Shown in pieces: positions 36,721 through 48,830 of a DNA stretch of 64,000 nt. The position numbers were made by a program, and so were the translations under genes. Positions within the stretch are counted from its first letter, which is position 1, and each line of letters opens with the position of its first letter. Below the pieces are notes generated by a model. It was not told where the DNA came from. It saw only the letters and a program-made list of their open reading frames with translations, and searched no databases. This DNA is from Squalus acanthias. Taxonomy: Eukaryota. Location: assembly GCA_030390025.1 (NCBI GenBank), contig CM059446.1, positions 25,420,001 to 25,484,000 on the forward strand. The letters are read 5' to 3'.

Positions 36721-37869
36721 TTTCTAAAGTTGATCTTTCCTGAACGCGATACTAAAAATAAATAAAGCGACTGATGTGCAGTTAATGATTGTTGCCAATT
36801 CCCCTCCCGCGTGGGAGAAAGTTACTTTTTGTTGCGGCTGATGCAAGAAAAACTTATTTTTTTATATAACAAAGCCAACAGTTTGGATGCATCTCCCCCC
36901 CCCCCCCCCCCCCCCCCCGCATTCTCAGTAACTATCACTTTTTAGGAGGTCGGCAGGTCTTAGCAGCGCGGTGAAAATTCTCACAACTATCCACCATTCT
37001 GAGAGTTAAGGGGCCGTTTTACACGGGATAATTGCAGCCAAAGTGACACAGAATGCCGCCACATTGCACTAATTTGTCCTTTTTTGATTCATGATATAAA
37101 TCCGTGTCCCCCTTGCAACTCCGATTTGCAACCTCTCTTTACTGTTTAAGTGACAGCGACTATTCTCTTCGCTTCAGCCCCATTAACATTTCAAGCCTTT
37201 AATAACTCCGGCGCTATATCAAATGAATTTGCACAGATTCGCCTGGAACGTCCTGTTTAACAGAATGACAGTTCCTCCCTCACATTTAGTGTGGTAACGT
37301 ATAGCAGCTAAATCCCACTCTGGATCCTAATATACTTGCTGCTTCCCAGAGGGGGGAAAAATTAGGAAGAAGAACGCAGGAAAAGACTCAGCGACACAGT
37401 TGTAAATGCGCCTTGAAATGCTTCCCCTCTGATTTAATTCAGTCTTTTACTGTTTTGCAATGATTACATTTTTATTTAATCTGACCAGGTGGCTAAATGC
37501 GACTTTCACTGTTTTAAAAAAAATATTAAAAATGCAAGAATTAAGACTGAATTACGTGGGCTGAGCTGATTTGAAAGTATTCTTTAAGTATTGTATTTCA
37601 GATTTCACAAAATGCGCGACTTGAATGTTTTTGAGAGCGGTACAATGTTTGGTTCGGTATTTAAGAGGCTCACCGGCTTGAAGCGCCGGCACATTTCAAG
37701 CAGAGCAGATCAGTGAAAGCGGGAATTGTTTGCAAACTAAAATGACTTCAAGTATGGGAAATGGGGTTGCGGGGCTGGAGGTGAGGTATGGGGAGGCGCG
37801 CGGGGGGGGGGGGAGAGACCTCGCGAAGAAAAGATTTCAATTACAACATTGAGCACACGATGACAGAGA

Positions 37870-38120
37870 ATCGTTTGAAAACAAGAAGCCTGCTGACAGA
37901 TTAAATGATTTGTCACCAAGAAATCAGACGATTGATTCGATTCCAAGAAGAGTCGCAATGGTAAATAGTAAAATTAATGCAATATAACAGCAGCGCCGAG
38001 GCAGGCTTTATATACATATCGGTATCAAATAATCTCTGATTTGGAAGAGATCAAAGGGGGATTTTATTCACCAAATTTATGCCCACAGAGATTTAACAAA
38101 GTTCTGTTGGCCGGTGTTTC
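37870..38120. promoter_or_regulatory. Candidate enhancer with TCF/LEF and Pbx/Meis-type sites
   Basis: TGACAG, GATTGAT and AGATCAAAGG (38048) in non-repetitive sequence. Confidence 0.4.
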
Positions 38121-39209
38121 AGGGAGTTTAAAAAAAAATAAAGTTCCTATTGTGTCCCAGTAGAGAGAGAGAGAGAGCGCTGAGCTACAGTAACTCTGAA
38201 CACTTCCAACTTTGAACTCACCCGAAACCTTTATCGAGCTGATCTTCCCCCGAGAAGTAAAAAGCCAGCGCCACCTACAGCACACTCGGCCACACGGCAC
38301 CTAACTTCCCTCCAACAAACAACATTAAAGAGAGAAAAAAATCACCTCGCAATCACTCCAAACTGAGGGGAGAGGGGGGGGAAGATCATTTCTTTAAAAT
38401 AAAACACAGACATCTGAAAGATTCTGTTAGGAGGACACCGCAAGCAGCGAATATGAAACGCGCATTAACTATCCATTTCCGAAGGATTTCCAATGAGTTC
38501 TGTAACAAGGAATGGTCTTAGCACAGAGTTTAACATTTAGTACTTCTGTCTGGTCACTCCATTCGCCGTGTTATGTGACTGTGAGATTGCAGTGGGTCAG
38601 TTACTTAATGCGTTTACACACCGGTTCGGAGAAAAGTTAAGAGCAAATGTTATTAATTTAAAAAAAAATCAAGGAAACTGGGTGAAGTATGATTTGTAAA
38701 CTCCATTGATGCCCTCAAATACATTTCTTTTTAATGTCTGTCAATCTAATTTCACCTTCCACCCTGTGTGCATAACATACACGCGCAGGTCAGACAGCTC
38801 AGGTGCACTGGCGAGGGGTGGGGGTGGGGTAAAAGAATCCGGTTACACAGAAACATCGGTAAACCGAATCAGAGATACACACAGCATTGCAGAAAGTGGA
38901 GGCACCATAGTTGCCGTTTGATATATAACCTTCTTTGGAAGAGGCTGATTGTAATAAAGAGTCAATCTGTTTAAAACAAACAGATGTACAGGGAGAGACT
39001 GTTCCCGCAGAATTCAATTTGAAAATAGACAGGATTACATATGCTGTGTTGGAGGGGAATACAGCAAGACACGGAGTAAAAGAGGTACAGATATTCTGCA
39101 GAGTTGGTCTTGGCTGAGCTCTGCCTACTTATTCCACTTATCTTGGATCAAACGGGCTATTTCCTAATTCAATTTCCCGAATAAAACCGAATCTCAGAAT
39201 CTGAATTTG

Positions 39210-40013
39210 GGATGTATGCGTGTGCGTGTGAGTNNNNNNNNNNNNNNNNNNNNNNNNNNNNNNNNNNNNNNNNNNNNNNNNNNNNNNNNNNNNNNNNNNN
39301 NNNNNNNNNNNNNNNNNNNNNNNNNNNNNNNNNNNNNNNNNNNNNNNNNNNNNNNNNNNNNNNNNNNNNNNNNNNNNNNNNNNNNNNNNNNNNNTGTGTC
39401 TATGTGAGTGTGTGTCTGTGTGTGTGAGAGAGAATGTGAGATTGTGTGTTTATGTGAGTGTGTGCATGTGTGTGAGAGTGTGAGTGCGTGTGTGTCTATG
39501 TGAGTGTGTGTCTATGTGAGTGTGTGCATATGTGTGTGAGAGTGTGTGTGTGTCTATGAGTGTGTGCCTANNNNNNNNNNNNNNNNNNNNNNNNNNNNNN
39601 NNNNNNNNNNNNNNNNNNNNNNNNNNNNNNNNNNNNNNNNNNNNNNNNNNNNNNNNNNNNNNNNNNNNNNNNNNNNNNNNNNNNNNNNNNNNNNNNNNNN
39701 NNNNNNNNNNNNNNNNNNNNNNNNNNNNNNNNNNNNNNNNTGTCTGTGTGTGTGAGAGTGTGTCTTTGTCTATGTGAGTGTGTCTGTGTGTGTGAGAGTG
39801 TGACTGTCTATGTGAGTGTGTGCCTGTGTGTGTGAGAGAGTGTGTGTGTGTGTCTATGTGAGTGTGTCTGTGTATGTGAGAGAGAGAGTGAGTGTGTGTG
39901 TCCATAAGTGTGTGTCTGTGTGTGTGAGAGAGAGTGAGTGTGTGTGTGTCTATGAGTGTGTGTCTGTGTGTGAGAGACAGTGTGAGTGTGTCTATGTGAG
40001 TGTGTGTCTGTGA
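39210..40013. repeat. TG/AG compound microsatellite directly upstream of the promoter
   Basis: Recurrent GTGTGTCTATGTGAGT units, with gaps. Confidence 0.9.
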
Positions 40014-40339
40014 NNNNNNNNNNNNNNNNNNNNNNNNNNNNNNNNNNNNNNNNNNNNNNNNNNNNNNNNNNNNNNNNNNNNNNNNNNNNNNNNNNNNNNN
40101 NNNNNNNNNNNNNNNNNNNNNNNNNNNNNNNNNNNNNNNNNNNNNNNNNNNNNNNNNNNNNNNNNNNNNNNNNNNNNNNNNNNNNNNNNNNNNNNNNNNN
40201 NNNNNNNNNNNNNNNNNNNNNNNNNNNNNNNNNNNNNNNNNNNNNNNNNNNNNNNNNNNNNNNNNNNNNNNNNNNNNNNNNNNNNNNNNNNNNNNNNNNG
40301 GTGACTCTCAGAGTGGCAGATCACGGGACCTCCTCATTT

Positions 40340-41124
40340 GGGGTCCAATCTGCGTTGGCGAATCACAAAGTGTTGTAATCTATTGCCTTTGTCTGACAAG
40401 TCATCCATCTTTCTAAAGGGGACTGGAGTGGCTGGAATCTGCGCAGGGTTTTAGAGAGAACCACGCAGAGCCCGGGCTTCAGTCTGCACTTCAAAACCTG
40501 CAACCAGCACCAGCAAGTAAGCAGAGACACGCTCTCTGGCTCCATTGGGCTCACCCGCCTCCCTCTGATCCTGCAGACCGGCCTGTTACCACTGGCGCAA
40601 CCAAGGCACCGTCAGTCGCACTTGAGGAGAGAGGGGGACAAGGAAGGATTTGAGTGAAGGTGTAAAGAATTTTCAGAGGACAGTGAATCTTGACAAAACG
40701 ACGCATCGCGCGTTCATTTCCCGTCACTGCGTGTGCGTTTCTTTTCCAAAACAGTCTATAAATCCGAGCCTTGGTTTCCGACTGATGCCTGTTTGCTCTA
40801 CAAACATCTCAGAAAAGTGGACGGACATGCGTCCCACCTGTCCGATTGCCGACCGCTCCCCCATCTCTCCGTGCAGAGGACTGTGAGCGAGGACAAGGGG
40901 CGCCGGTCACTTAACTTTCTTTGCAGGACTAGTTTTGAATTTTCCGGCTCGTCGCCACCAGCTGAAAGGGGGAAAAGGGAAAAAAAAAAGTTTTTTTGTT
41001 GTTTTTTTTGTTGTTGTTTTGTTTTCTTGTTTACAGTCAATGTTTTTTCTGCATTAACGTAAGCCTTTAATTAAAAGACGAGACGGCGGAATCAGCCCCG
41101 TTCATTTCTGTAGCGCTGGCTCTC
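40340..41124 (+). promoter_or_regulatory. PAX2: Pax2 proximal promoter and 5'UTR
   Basis: CCAAT followed by TGGCGAATCACAAAGTGTTGTAATCTATTGCCTTTGTCTGACAAGTCATCCATCT (40356-40410), which closely matches the mammalian PAX2 promoter as I recall it. CpG-rich and directly upstream of the ATG. Confidence 0.7.
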
Positions 41125-41167
41125 ATGGATATACATTGCAAAGCAGATCCTTTCTCAGCTATGCACA
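41125..41167 (+). CDS. PAX2: Pax2 coding exon 1 (MDIHCKADPFSAMH+A, 43 nt)
   Basis: Pax2-specific N-terminus; donor ACA|GTGAGT, phase 1. Not in the ORF track. Confidence 0.96.
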
Positions 41168-42683
41168 GTGAGTAGGCGATTGATTGTGTTTTCTTTAACG
41201 CCAGTAAAACCTATTTTAAGTAAAATATTAGATCTGCAAAGCGCAAATTAATAAACCTATCTATTTATAATTGCTACTGTATTTTTTACACAAAGATATA
41301 ACGAGATACACAGCACTTTCTAACACGGCGAATATATAAAAACAGAAGGGAACGTTTACTTGTCATAGTCACTTCGATCTAAATATACACGCACGCATTG
41401 TTTAGATTAATTTCAGATACACCACGGCACATATTACACCAATATTTGAAGAGCATTAAACAGGCAAAATATAATCTTGCAAACCGAATGATTAACACTC
41501 CCAGGAGTTGCTTATATTTCCAGGGGGTTGAGTGAACTTTCCTCTCCCCCCTCGCACTCCTCGGCTTGATACCAAAGCGAAGATGATTTTCTCGCCACAC
41601 ACATTAACCCAGTTTCTTTCGCCAATGTCCTCACTAATATTCGCGTTGTCACGCTGTTATTGTCAGAGATATACAGGTAGGGCTTTTGCGGATTTGTCTG
41701 CTCCCCGGCTTCCAGCTGTTCGCATTTGCTTGTTAAAGTCGGTAGACATTCGAGATTAAATTTAAAAAAAAAGAGACAGCTCGAATTGTAATAAAAATAA
41801 TGTTCTCTGGTCCTTTTTATTGTAAACAGATTTATGAAGTGCCGCCTTATTCCGCTCTCTAATTTCACCGTTAACCACGTGTAGGGCCCTATAGTACTGG
41901 TAGAAATCTCTTAAACACCATAAACCACAGCACTGACACACTGCAATAACATACACACAGATCTATTTATATATAAGTAGCGAGATATAAATATACAGAT
42001 ATATATATATTGTACCATATTTAATTAACAAAAATGACTATTTAAAATCATACTAACCTCGACAGAATGCAACACAAGGCTGAAAAAATACAAATTGATT
42101 CCTATTCTGTTATTGTTTCAAAAAATGAACCCGGGGTAAATATATATATATATATATATGAAAAGACTCGCTAACAGATATTACAGCGCAAAAGGTTTTT
42201 AAATTATTTATTCTAATCTTTCCTTGATGATGCGGCCTTCAAATAATCCGTAATCTGAGATATCAAAGCTAGTCTGAATTATTGATGTTGAATCTGATAG
42301 TTTTGCCAGACAGTAACTTCAGCCCACATATCGGAGAGCCGAGGATAACTGCGAATAAACAAGTATCATTAGCAAATATTTACCCCGTGCTCCCAGTATT
42401 ATTTTCTAGGAAAAATTGGCAAATATTTTTTAACTCGATTTTTTCCCATTACAATTGAGTAAAATAAGAACCAAGATTAAATGTTTTTAGAGGATAAAGA
42501 TTGAGAGAAAGAGAGACTTAAAAAAAAATCTGTTCCAGCTACTCCTCGAAAAATCCATATTTATAATCCTCCGACATGGGTCGATTTGAGGGCAATTGAG
42601 AGTTTGGCGAAGTCGCCTCGCATCAATAAGTTACTGTTTGAAGTGGAGGAATTGTGCTCCGCCGAAATACCACGGTCACTCCT

Positions 42684-42714
<31 letters not shown>

Positions 42715-44242
42715 TCCAAATCACCTCGAACAAGTACATTAGCAACAAGAAGACAATCGTGTGCACGTGAAGGCTCCTTGTCTTGTTTCAGAGAATGACA
42801 CGCTCTTGTAAATATACCGGGGCGTTTGATATAATTCTTCCCGTTCGCTATAAAACAGCATATCGACAATCAATAACACATCATTTTTACGCATTCCCTG
42901 CTTTTTTAAAAAAAAACTGTAACATACAAGTACAATGAATTATTATTAAGGACTAGCTGCATGAAATGTATGCATAGCAAATATTTAAATCTGAACATTT
43001 GGAACACGTAATTAATTAGTGTCGAGTATATGCGTCCCTTGTACATATATATTAACGTATGTTTTCTGTTCATTAACACCAGTATATATATGCATTTTAT
43101 ATGTCATGTAGAAACACATCTATCTATATATATATATATATATATATAAGCCCTTCTCACTTCATAGTGCCGGTGCTGAAATTGCCTATCATTTTGTTGT
43201 CTTTCAAATCTTTTCTCTCGATGAAATTGCTAAGTCTCCTTCAGAGCAGGGCAATGAGAGAATGCTTAACCCGTGTACCCCCAGTAAAGGGGATACACAC
43301 ACACAATAGGAGAAGCAGAGGAAACCGAGACAGAGGAATTTTCAGCGGGCTCTATGAAGCCCTGCAGCGAGGGAATCCTGCACTGTTGTAATTTGCTGCT
43401 TTATACACCATTTCCGCACAAATACCAGCGTGCCGTTCAACAAACAGACTGTCTNNNNNNNNNNNNNNNNNNNNNNNNNNNNNNNNNNNNNNNNNNNNNN
43501 NNNNNNNNNNNNNNNNNNNNNNNNNNNNNNNNNNNNNNNNNNNNNNNNNNNNNNNNNNNNNNNNNNNNNNNNNNNNNNNNNNNNNNNNNNNNNNNNNNNN
43601 NNNNNNNNNNNNNNNNACACACACTTAGTCACACACACTCACACACCCACACACACACACACCCACACACACACACACACACTCACTATTTAATCAAAAC
43701 CCGTTCCAGAATAAACATGGAACCCAATTCAAAGTTTTATACAGTTTCTTTTTTTTAACTCATATCATTTTCCTTTTTCAAAGTATGTTGAATAATTCTG
43801 TTAGTTTAAACTGCCACGTCATATTGTAATAGATACAGTAATTTAGTCGGATGATATCAGAGATTTTGTTTTATTAGAAAAATATATGTGCTTTTGTTTT
43901 CCTTAAAAGACAGAATGAATCAGTAAATTAAAATAATATAGTCTTAAAAGATGGCATTTCATGTGCCTTTTAATGTAATGTGTGAAGTTAAATGTGTATC
44001 GGTATGCTTTGCTACACGTGTCCACATATATGTAATTTCTTTATTCCATGCTTTCGATTTCTTTTTTCCTCTCGTTCTTTTTTTTCTATTCCCCCTCCTT
44101 CCCCCCCTCTCTCCCCTGTTCCATTTTTTTGCTTTTTTTTGCCACTCCTCCCTTTCTTCTTTTCTCCCCCCTTCTCTTTGTTTTTTCTCTCTTTCAGGTT
44201 GCAGTTCTACCTGGGATGAGTTCAGTTGTGTGTGTTTTGCAG

Positions 44243-44408
44243 GGCATGGGGGTGTGAATCAGCTGGGAGGAGTGTTTGTGAATGGCAGGCCCCTTCCTGA
44301 CGTGGTGAGACAGCGCATTGTGGAACTGGCACACCAGGGAGTCAGACCCTGCGACATCTCCCGGCAACTGCGGGTCAGCCACGGCTGTGTCAGCAAGATA
44401 TTGGGCAG
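44243..44408 (+). CDS. PAX2: Pax2 exon 2, paired domain N-terminal (PAI) part, 166 nt
   Basis: (R)[54 protein letters not shown](R); TTTTGCAG acceptor, AG|GTGAGG donor. Confidence 0.98.
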
Positions 44409-47082
44409 GTGAGGGGTGATACTGCCAGAGAGAAAAGAAACACAAAACAAAATGATTTTCCGATTAATATTTTGTGTATATAATCCCAGAATTAAAATGA
44501 GAGATTGGTCAGTGGCTCCAACACAGAGGTGATAGGACCCATAAAACGAAATCAATTTATGCTCCAATCTACTTCCAAGCATGTACTGATCAGCAATTTC
44601 GTTTTTTGCCTCATACAATTCAAATGATTTTTGTAACGAAAGCAATTAACAGCGGGAATAAAACAATCACTATTTTTAAAATCAAAAGTATGGATAGAAT
44701 CACCAAAGAGTTTTAAGGCAAGTCAGAACGCTCAGGAAACATGAAAAGTCCAAAGTAAAGAAAGGCAATCCAGAGAGAGAGAGAGAGAAGTACCAAGAAT
44801 AATAGGCGAACAGTTGAGTGCAGACTCAGACACTGACACTCACAGACAGAAGGTGGGTGGGTAGCTACATGTAAAAGCAGTTACAATCTCTCCTTAGCAC
44901 CGAACCAGTTGAATATGCGAAGCATTTTAGAACTGCCACTCCTAATTGTGCACACATTTTAGCATTAAGTAGATCAGATCGACTGTAACGGAAGGAATCA
45001 CTTGCAAACCAGAAGTGGAATAAATTTAGGGGTGGGGGTAGGATTTGCAGTTCGTTGCCAGGCGAGATTGACGTGGTTTATGCAAATAGTTGCAGTTTCA
45101 GTGGAACAGGTGGAATTGCGTTCGTTTTCGTTCGTTTTGATTTACTCTGTCCCCTTAAGAGTACAACCCCACGGCCTGACCCATTACATCGGAGTAACAG
45201 GTTCCTTCAAACCAGGATTAAACCACTTCTCCTTCACTAAGAAATGCCGTTTCCCTAAAATTATATATGTATAATGTAACTACTGAGGTATTTTAGCAAT
45301 TCAAAAGAAGCTGAACGGATAGAGAAGATGCCTTTAAACCAATAACAACTTTTTCTGAAATTAAAACTTGGGCCCAGTGTAAAATCTTTAATGACTATTG
45401 TTTCAGCATTAAGTGAGCTGTCCTTTGACAAAGTCACTGCATGTGAGCTGAATGCCGGTCTGGACTGCGAGTTACTCTTCTCTAATGAAACAGGAGTCAG
45501 GCACACAATTCACTAACATTAAAATCTTCAAACGAATAATTGTTGTTCGCTGTCATTTTAATCTAACCGAGTGGCGATTTTATTTGAATTATAATTGAGC
45601 GAAGTGATAACTAAAAGTCATTATTGTATTCGAAGTGAAACACGCTGCAATTGGCATAGGGGAGCAATGGAGAAACTCTCAAATTGCTCGTACCACGCTG
45701 AGCATTTAGTGCCCTAACATCAGCGATTGTATAGTGTGCAACGTGAATGCATGCGTGTAGTTAAAACAGCTTATTATGCAGTGTAGCCATTGGGAATGTG
45801 CACAGTGGGGAAAACAAGGTGTTGGTATTATCCACTGGTCCCAGTGAACCCTAAGAATCAGTCCAATGTTATCCAATCTGGACACTGGGCATATTCGCTC
45901 TTTACTTTCAAGGGTGTATATATACCTTAAAACACTGACTCTATAATATCCAGTGTGCACATTGGGAGTCTATAGCCTAAAACATTAATGCTGGTGTTGA
46001 ATCCCAGCGCTGCTATTTAGTTAACCATGGTGCGTTCCCTGGTTTAACCCGCTGTAGTTACTGAGCCCACTTACACGGAGTTAAACCCGCGCTAGAATTA
46101 CACTCGGTCTTGGATTGTTAGTTAGATTTCACCTTCCATTTACAGTGGAAATCAAACAGCGCGCTACTTATTGTCTTTTTTTCCCTATTTGTGAGTTTTA
46201 ACAATCTAACCTACCCTGTTGCACCATTCTTTACCATAAAACACACTGAGGCTAGGAGGCCTGTTTTACGTAACAGTGGGGTAAATAAGACTCTGCGGCA
46301 GCCAGCCATACAATCCTTGTTCACACTGTGACATGTGCGCCTGGATTCAGGTTTCACAACAGATAATACAGGGAGGATTGAAAAGAAGCATCACCTATAG
46401 ATAAAGACCTTTAATTTCTGCACATATAACGAACCGAACCTCAGGACTTTAGAAAACAAATACACTTTCATAGGCACAAGCAGCGGCGGTGCTTAAAATC
46501 TCTTGACTTCCTCTTGTCCCTAATCTCTTCCTGCCCTTTCGAGCTGCCTTCCTCCTTCGATTTCGCTCTCTTGGCTGAAGGCACTGGGGACAAGAGCAGA
46601 AAGCTTCTGATTCCCGCTTCCCCCCACCCACCCCTCGCTCCTTCACCAAAGGCAGAATTCGGTGCTAAAAGTCTTGTCAATTTTTCATATTAATTATACC
46701 CTTACTAAAATTGTTTCCCCATTAAAAAAAGAAAAAGATGTGCATCGGTGCCTTTAGCTTTCTAATCTCCCAGCGACGTGACGGGTTTTTTTCAGAGTAG
46801 GGAGGACTGTAACACAGATAGGTTAATACTTTTGCATACACACACTGATTTATTTTGCGTTTTACAGTTCCCTATCCATTTTATGAGGCTGTAAATAACG
46901 AGTGAGGTCGAGTTTTGCTGTCGTGTCCTTAAATTTAATTATATAAGAGATACAGCAATTGTGTAATTAATATATATATATATAATTCCTCTATACAATT
47001 ATAACAAACGAATGTCTAATGCAATTTCCTGCTCCTAGTTTAAACGCTATACTAGAGCGGGAATGAAGCCATACTTTGCTGA

Positions 47083-47394
<312 letters not shown>

Positions 47395-48629
47395 TAAAAT
47401 AGGAAGCCTCTAATTTATAATGTTAAAAATGAATATACACAAATAAATGTAAAACACGAGAGAATTATCCTATAACTGATGCGGATATTATGTTCTAATA
47501 ATCAGGTTTATATGTAGTTATAACCCAATACCTATTATTTGGTAAATCAGGAAGTAGGTGTATTTCATCAAGAATACGTGCGTCAAACTGATTTCATCGT
47601 GTAAATCTGTGCGATATTAATTATGAATTTTAAGGAAGTGCAGAGGAAATTGTCCAAACCGACCCTCACTGTAAATATAGGAATAATGAGATTAAGCCAA
47701 CCAAACCGTCGTTCAACCAATCTAACCACGAGCACACAGTGAAGGAGAGATGGAGAGAGGGACGGAGGCAGAGGAAGTACCTGGCAGATTATATAAAGAA
47801 AAATGAAATCTCAATGATGAAACACCGGGAACATTAATCTGTCTCACTGATATGGTCAAGAGGGACTGAACGTTCTGTCCCCAAAACAAAATCAGTTGCA
47901 AACACAAGGCTTCTTCAAAGGGACTAAGCACGCCAGGGACAGTGTCTGTTTATATAATACACAATGCAATGAGAGTAATCTGGAAGTATATGTAATCGGC
48001 CAACAAGTAATTTTAATTTTGAAACATGGGCTCCGAATGAAAACACAGCAAATACCAGGAATGCCGCCCTCCCTTCTGAACTCACCTGGGACCAGGGTGA
48101 ATTATACAGCAATATCAATGGAAGGCAGGTGGATCAGACCCGGATGCATTGCCCTTTTCGCTGTTTAATATAATTGCAAACTGGTGGAAATGTAAACTGT
48201 TAAGGAGGGTCTGTAAGGACATTGATTTGAAGATTGCAGCCTGGGCGGTTGCTGATACTTGCTCCCCTGTGCCGCGGTCCAGCTAACAGTACAAGTGTAG
48301 GTGCTGGGAATCGGTCCCCTTAACAACCCCTGGGGAGAGGGCGGGGGGGGGGGGGGGGAGTTTACACAAAAATAGACGGGTTGGGGGCGGTCGGCGTGGG
48401 TTATGGGAACACGGGAAGGGCAGTGCCAGAGAAAGGAGTGCCGAAATAAGCCAGAGCCGCAGAGTTCTTTGCAAAGATAGCGAGATCCTTAATCAGAATT
48501 TACAGAGACCGCTTCTCAAAGGCGCATCGAATAACTTGGGTCCATTAATTATTGTCGTATATTTTAGATGGCTAAGTTGAAAACTTATTCTACCGAAGAA
48601 AAATTAATCTCCGCAAAGCAATCCCTTGG

Positions 48630-48830
48630 ACTTTCTCTGTGTGCATGTCTGTCTTCTCTCTGTTTTCTATCTCTCTCGCTCGCTCCTTCTCTCTGTTTCC
48701 CCCCTCTCTCTCGCTCGCTCCTTCTCTCTGTTTCTCTCTCTTCTCACTCGCTCCTTCTGTTTTCTCTCTCCCTCTCTATCTCACCCTCCTCTCTCACTCT
48801 TCTCTCTCTTTCTCTCTGTTCTCTCTTTAT
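48630..48830. repeat. CT-rich polypyrimidine simple repeat in intron 3
   Basis: Includes a duplicated CTCTCTCGCTCGCTCCTTCTCTCTGTTTC unit. Confidence 0.85.

Noticed and set aside
35007-43758. ORFs containing long X runs
   Set aside because: Artefacts of N gaps.
43951-44197. Hydrophobic Phe/Leu-rich N-terminus of the 153-aa ORF, resembling a membrane-anchored Pax protein
   Set aside because: It is the translated intron 1 polypyrimidine tract; the real exon 1 is at 41125.
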